64,000 bases of DNA, taken from NCBI RefSeq assembly GCF_902459465.1, contig NC_047073.1, positions 9,672,001-9,736,000 of the forward strand, written 5' to 3'. A program made the translations under genes and the position numbers. The notes beneath the pieces are model-generated. The model searched no databases, was not told where the DNA came from, and was given only the letters and a program-made list of their open reading frames with translations. This document shows, piece after piece, positions 61,111 through 64,000 of this stretch (position 1 is the stretch's first letter; each line of letters opens with the position of its first letter). This DNA is from Asterias rubens. Taxonomy: Eukaryota.

Positions 61111-63646
61111 TATTAATTTCTTAATGTGGATCTTAAGTCATTATTTCTGTGTCATATCAATAATCCAGTCTTTGACCACGCCCCTGGAAAAATAATTTAC
61201 AAACTCAATAATTATTGAACAAAAAGAACGATGGCTTACTTAATTTCCTTTAAGGAACATTACAGAACTGGTAGGAAAAAAATCGTCTTAAATCACAGAT
61301 TTACATAAATCTTACACGGTCTAAGATGATGATAGTAGAAAACATAACTTGAAATATTTCTTGCGCAAAAAATGTCATATTTGAAAAGAAATAAATAAAA
61401 ATAAGTTCCCGTTTGGAGTTTATCGGTCAGTGAGCGTTTTTTTTTCATTAGTTTTTGAAACGATGTCATGCACAATGTGTAAATCGGTTATTCGCTATCT
61501 CGTGACCCTGATGTCCGATCAATCTCAAACTTCTTGAAAATGTCAGTTCATGTATATTATGGTGAACAACATAAAATGCTTTACTCTGCCAGTAACTGTT
61601 TGGTGTTTTTTTTTTTGCAAAAGTCAATAGGTAATGGTCTTCGAGCACTTCACGACTCCCTCGGCAACCCACCTACATCTTCAAAGGCATTGTCATTTTC
61701 CTCTCCATAACCCCACAAGTTTGTACCTAAATCTCACCACCCGCTATGGCGAGCGTGTATTTTCTTTGTGTTATAGCCTCGATTTTTAACTTGTCTTACT
61801 TAGGGCTAAGTCATCAAACTTTTTAAAATGTGAATGAAATGAACATACACTTTAAAACCTAATTATTTTCATAAACGGCGAGGGCGTAATAAACTCAATG
61901 AAGAAGGTGCAGTTAGTCATCATCATCAGCTAGACAGTACAGTGGTTGCAAACTTCATAAAGGAAGTTGTCACTGGTTTCTTTTCTTCTTCGTTTTTTCG
62001 GGGGGGGGGGTGTTATAGTCCTACTATAAAATACTGATTTCTAGTGGATCAAAACAAAATGACCAGACACTCGCAACCACAAACTTCATCTATTTGCAAA
62101 GTTTAACGGCAGTGGACACTCTTGGCAATTTTCTCAAAATAGTTATCAGCATGAAACCTTTCTTGGTAACGAGTAATGGGGAGAGGTTGATAGTATAAAA
62201 CATTGTGAGAAACGGCTCCCTCTGAAGTGACGTAATTTTCGAGAAAGAAGTAATTTTCCACGATGTTTATTTCGAGACCTCAAGTTTAGAATAAATTATG
62301 AGGTCTCGAAGGCAAGGGTGGTTTTTTTTCTTTCAAAGTTATCTATGAAAACTGAAATAAAAAGAAAGGAAAAGTAATCTTACCTGTGTTCACGTTTGGA
62401 ATGCGTCCTGAAATTGTCTTCGTCTTGATGTACAGGTAGGCTACGTGGCCGGTTGCAGAGAGTTCTAGCCAAAACAACTTGCATTTTGTGCTTTTCTAAA
62501 CCAGTGACCACACACACAGGTATAGGCCACTTTTATTCAATAAACTTAACGGTTGGGTTGACTACAATGGACTCGACGGCCCGTCTAGTTCTACACAGAA
62601 CGGCCCCCATTGTTGAAATGAAATCTCAGTAACCCTGGAGAGCTCTCTTTATGCGGTCAGGCTAAAGGGGATAGGAAGCTTGGTATAACAGCACTGACAG
62701 CAGCTTTTGAATACAGTTCAGTTCATTATTTGTTGTCAGTTTTAGTTCTCAGTTCATTTTTGGAAACATATCTTCGAAACAATATGGTTATGTAAGAAGA
62801 TAAATATTAAATAATATTAGTTTTTTAATGCCCTAGACTTTGAAACTGAGATTGTCACGATTATGTATTCCTATTGTACAAGAATTATTCCTCATGATGA
62901 GTGGACATTATAATATTATGCTCCGGATTTTCGGCGATATTTCATGAAAAGAAATTTTCACAGGTTAATTTTATTGTTCACAACTACCGGGATTACAAAA
63001 ATCGAACGGTTAAAACCGTAAAGAATACTTGTTAATGTGTTCTGTGTAAAAATCCCCGCCCCCCCCCCCCCCCCCCCCCCCGAGGCAAAAGGCGGAGCAT
63101 GCATCGCCGCGCTGCTGCACCGCACCAAAAAGGGTCACGATCATCGAGTAATACATTGACAGTTACAGGATACAGAGGTCATCATGTGAGATAAAGTTAC
63201 AAGAATGAGTCCCGAAATGCCCCTGACAAATCTAGTTATGAATATAAACACAAATAAAATTGCTTGACTTGTACGAAATCATATGTTCACTGAGTCACCA
63301 CAGGTTTACTCTAAACCAACAGGGAGACTGGCGCGCCTGTTGCCATCTTGGCGTTTGTATCCCCTAGGAAGGTTGTCGAGTTCCCTTGACGAGAAGGTCC
63401 AAACAAAAAGAATAAATAAATATATAAAAAATAAAAATAACAAAATTGTATGACAAAGTGCTAAACCCCACTATAACTAAACCCATAGAATACAGTGCAT
63501 TGCCATAATGGGAATGGTTCACCATCATTGGCTCTTTAACTTTTACACAGTCTGCTCAATTTGATATGAGGCTACCAGGGGGCCCGTCGAGTTATTCTCT
63601 CTCCAAAATAAAACTATCCCGTCTTAATTACAGCTTCCGACTTTTA

Positions 63647-63779
63647 GGCCGTGTCCGAAACGACGACTTCGGCTACAGCTACGTCTAGATCAGCGCGTCT
63701 TCCAGTGTTGAAGAATAGGCAGACGCGCGCGATCTAGCCGTAGCTAGCTGTAGCCAAAGTCGCCGTTTCGGACACGGCC
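63647..63779. mobile_element. Short palindromic Harbinger-like MITE
   Basis: TTA-GGCCGTGTCCGAAACGACGACTTCGGCTACAGCT...AGCTGTAGCCAAAGTCGCCGTTTCGGACACGGCC-TCA. Confidence 0.7.
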
Positions 63780-63883
63780 TCAATCTTGTCCCTCCGCCCC
63801 CTATCGGCAAATTATTGGGGGTTAATGTTAAATAGCGCCACCACTTGTTCGAAGTTTTCAAGTTTACAGTCTCATGTGTGAAA

Positions 63884-63935
63884 ATGGTAGATTCAGACGA
63901 CGACGACTTGGCAGAAATGCGAAAACTTCGCGAAC
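63884..63935 (+). CDS. First coding exon of an unidentified gene continuing beyond the window
   Basis: AAAATGG Kozak; MVDSDDDDLAEMRKLRE + C|GTAAGA donor (phase 1). Divergent from HYKK. Confidence 0.6.
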
Positions 63936-64000
63936 GTAAGATATAAATAGGTCTTATTTGTTGAATTAACAACCTGATGTGATGCTTGTGGTTACGTGTG

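Noticed and set aside
63056-63081. Long poly-C/poly-G runs (also 2-22, 40218-40238)
   Set aside because: Simple homopolymers, common in such assemblies and length-unreliable; no further structure.

Overview
AT-rich animal genomic DNA with spliceosomal GT-AG introns and no prokaryotic features (no operons, rRNA or CRISPR). The repeat content looks to me like a sea-star/echinoderm genome; this is inference from memory, not searched. By hand I can reconstruct six protein-coding genes plus one first exon. (1) A single-exon ankyrin-repeat protein (+, 15735-18098). (2) A 7-exon YtcJ-like amidohydrolase-3 of bacterial type (-, 20694-28152). (3) A 3-exon F-box/LRR protein (+, 36880-40043). (4) A caveolin (-, core 41256-44548), possibly with three extra phase-0 upstream exons reaching 48339. 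(5) TXNDC12/ERp18 (+, 6 exons, 49872-56244). (6) HYKK/AGPHD1 (-, 4 coding exons, 58532-61110). (7) The first coding exon of an unidentified gene at 63884. The non-coding DNA is dense with non-autonomous elements: three TTAA-flanked Kolobok-type MITE families, Harbinger-type MITEs with CWG and TWA target duplications, a hAT MITE, tRNA-derived SINEs, RTE and CR1/L2 LINE 3' ends, and Penelope-like fragments with hammerhead-ribozyme-like motifs. The most interesting items are the intron-containing bacterial-type amidohydrolase, the putative N-terminally extended caveolin, the hammerhead-like motifs (including a perfect 30-bp inverted pair beside a TXNDC12 splice donor), and recurrent 220-235-bp-spaced duplications. 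I do not see a clearly new multi-gene system. All exon models are hand-derived and need RNA-seq confirmation.
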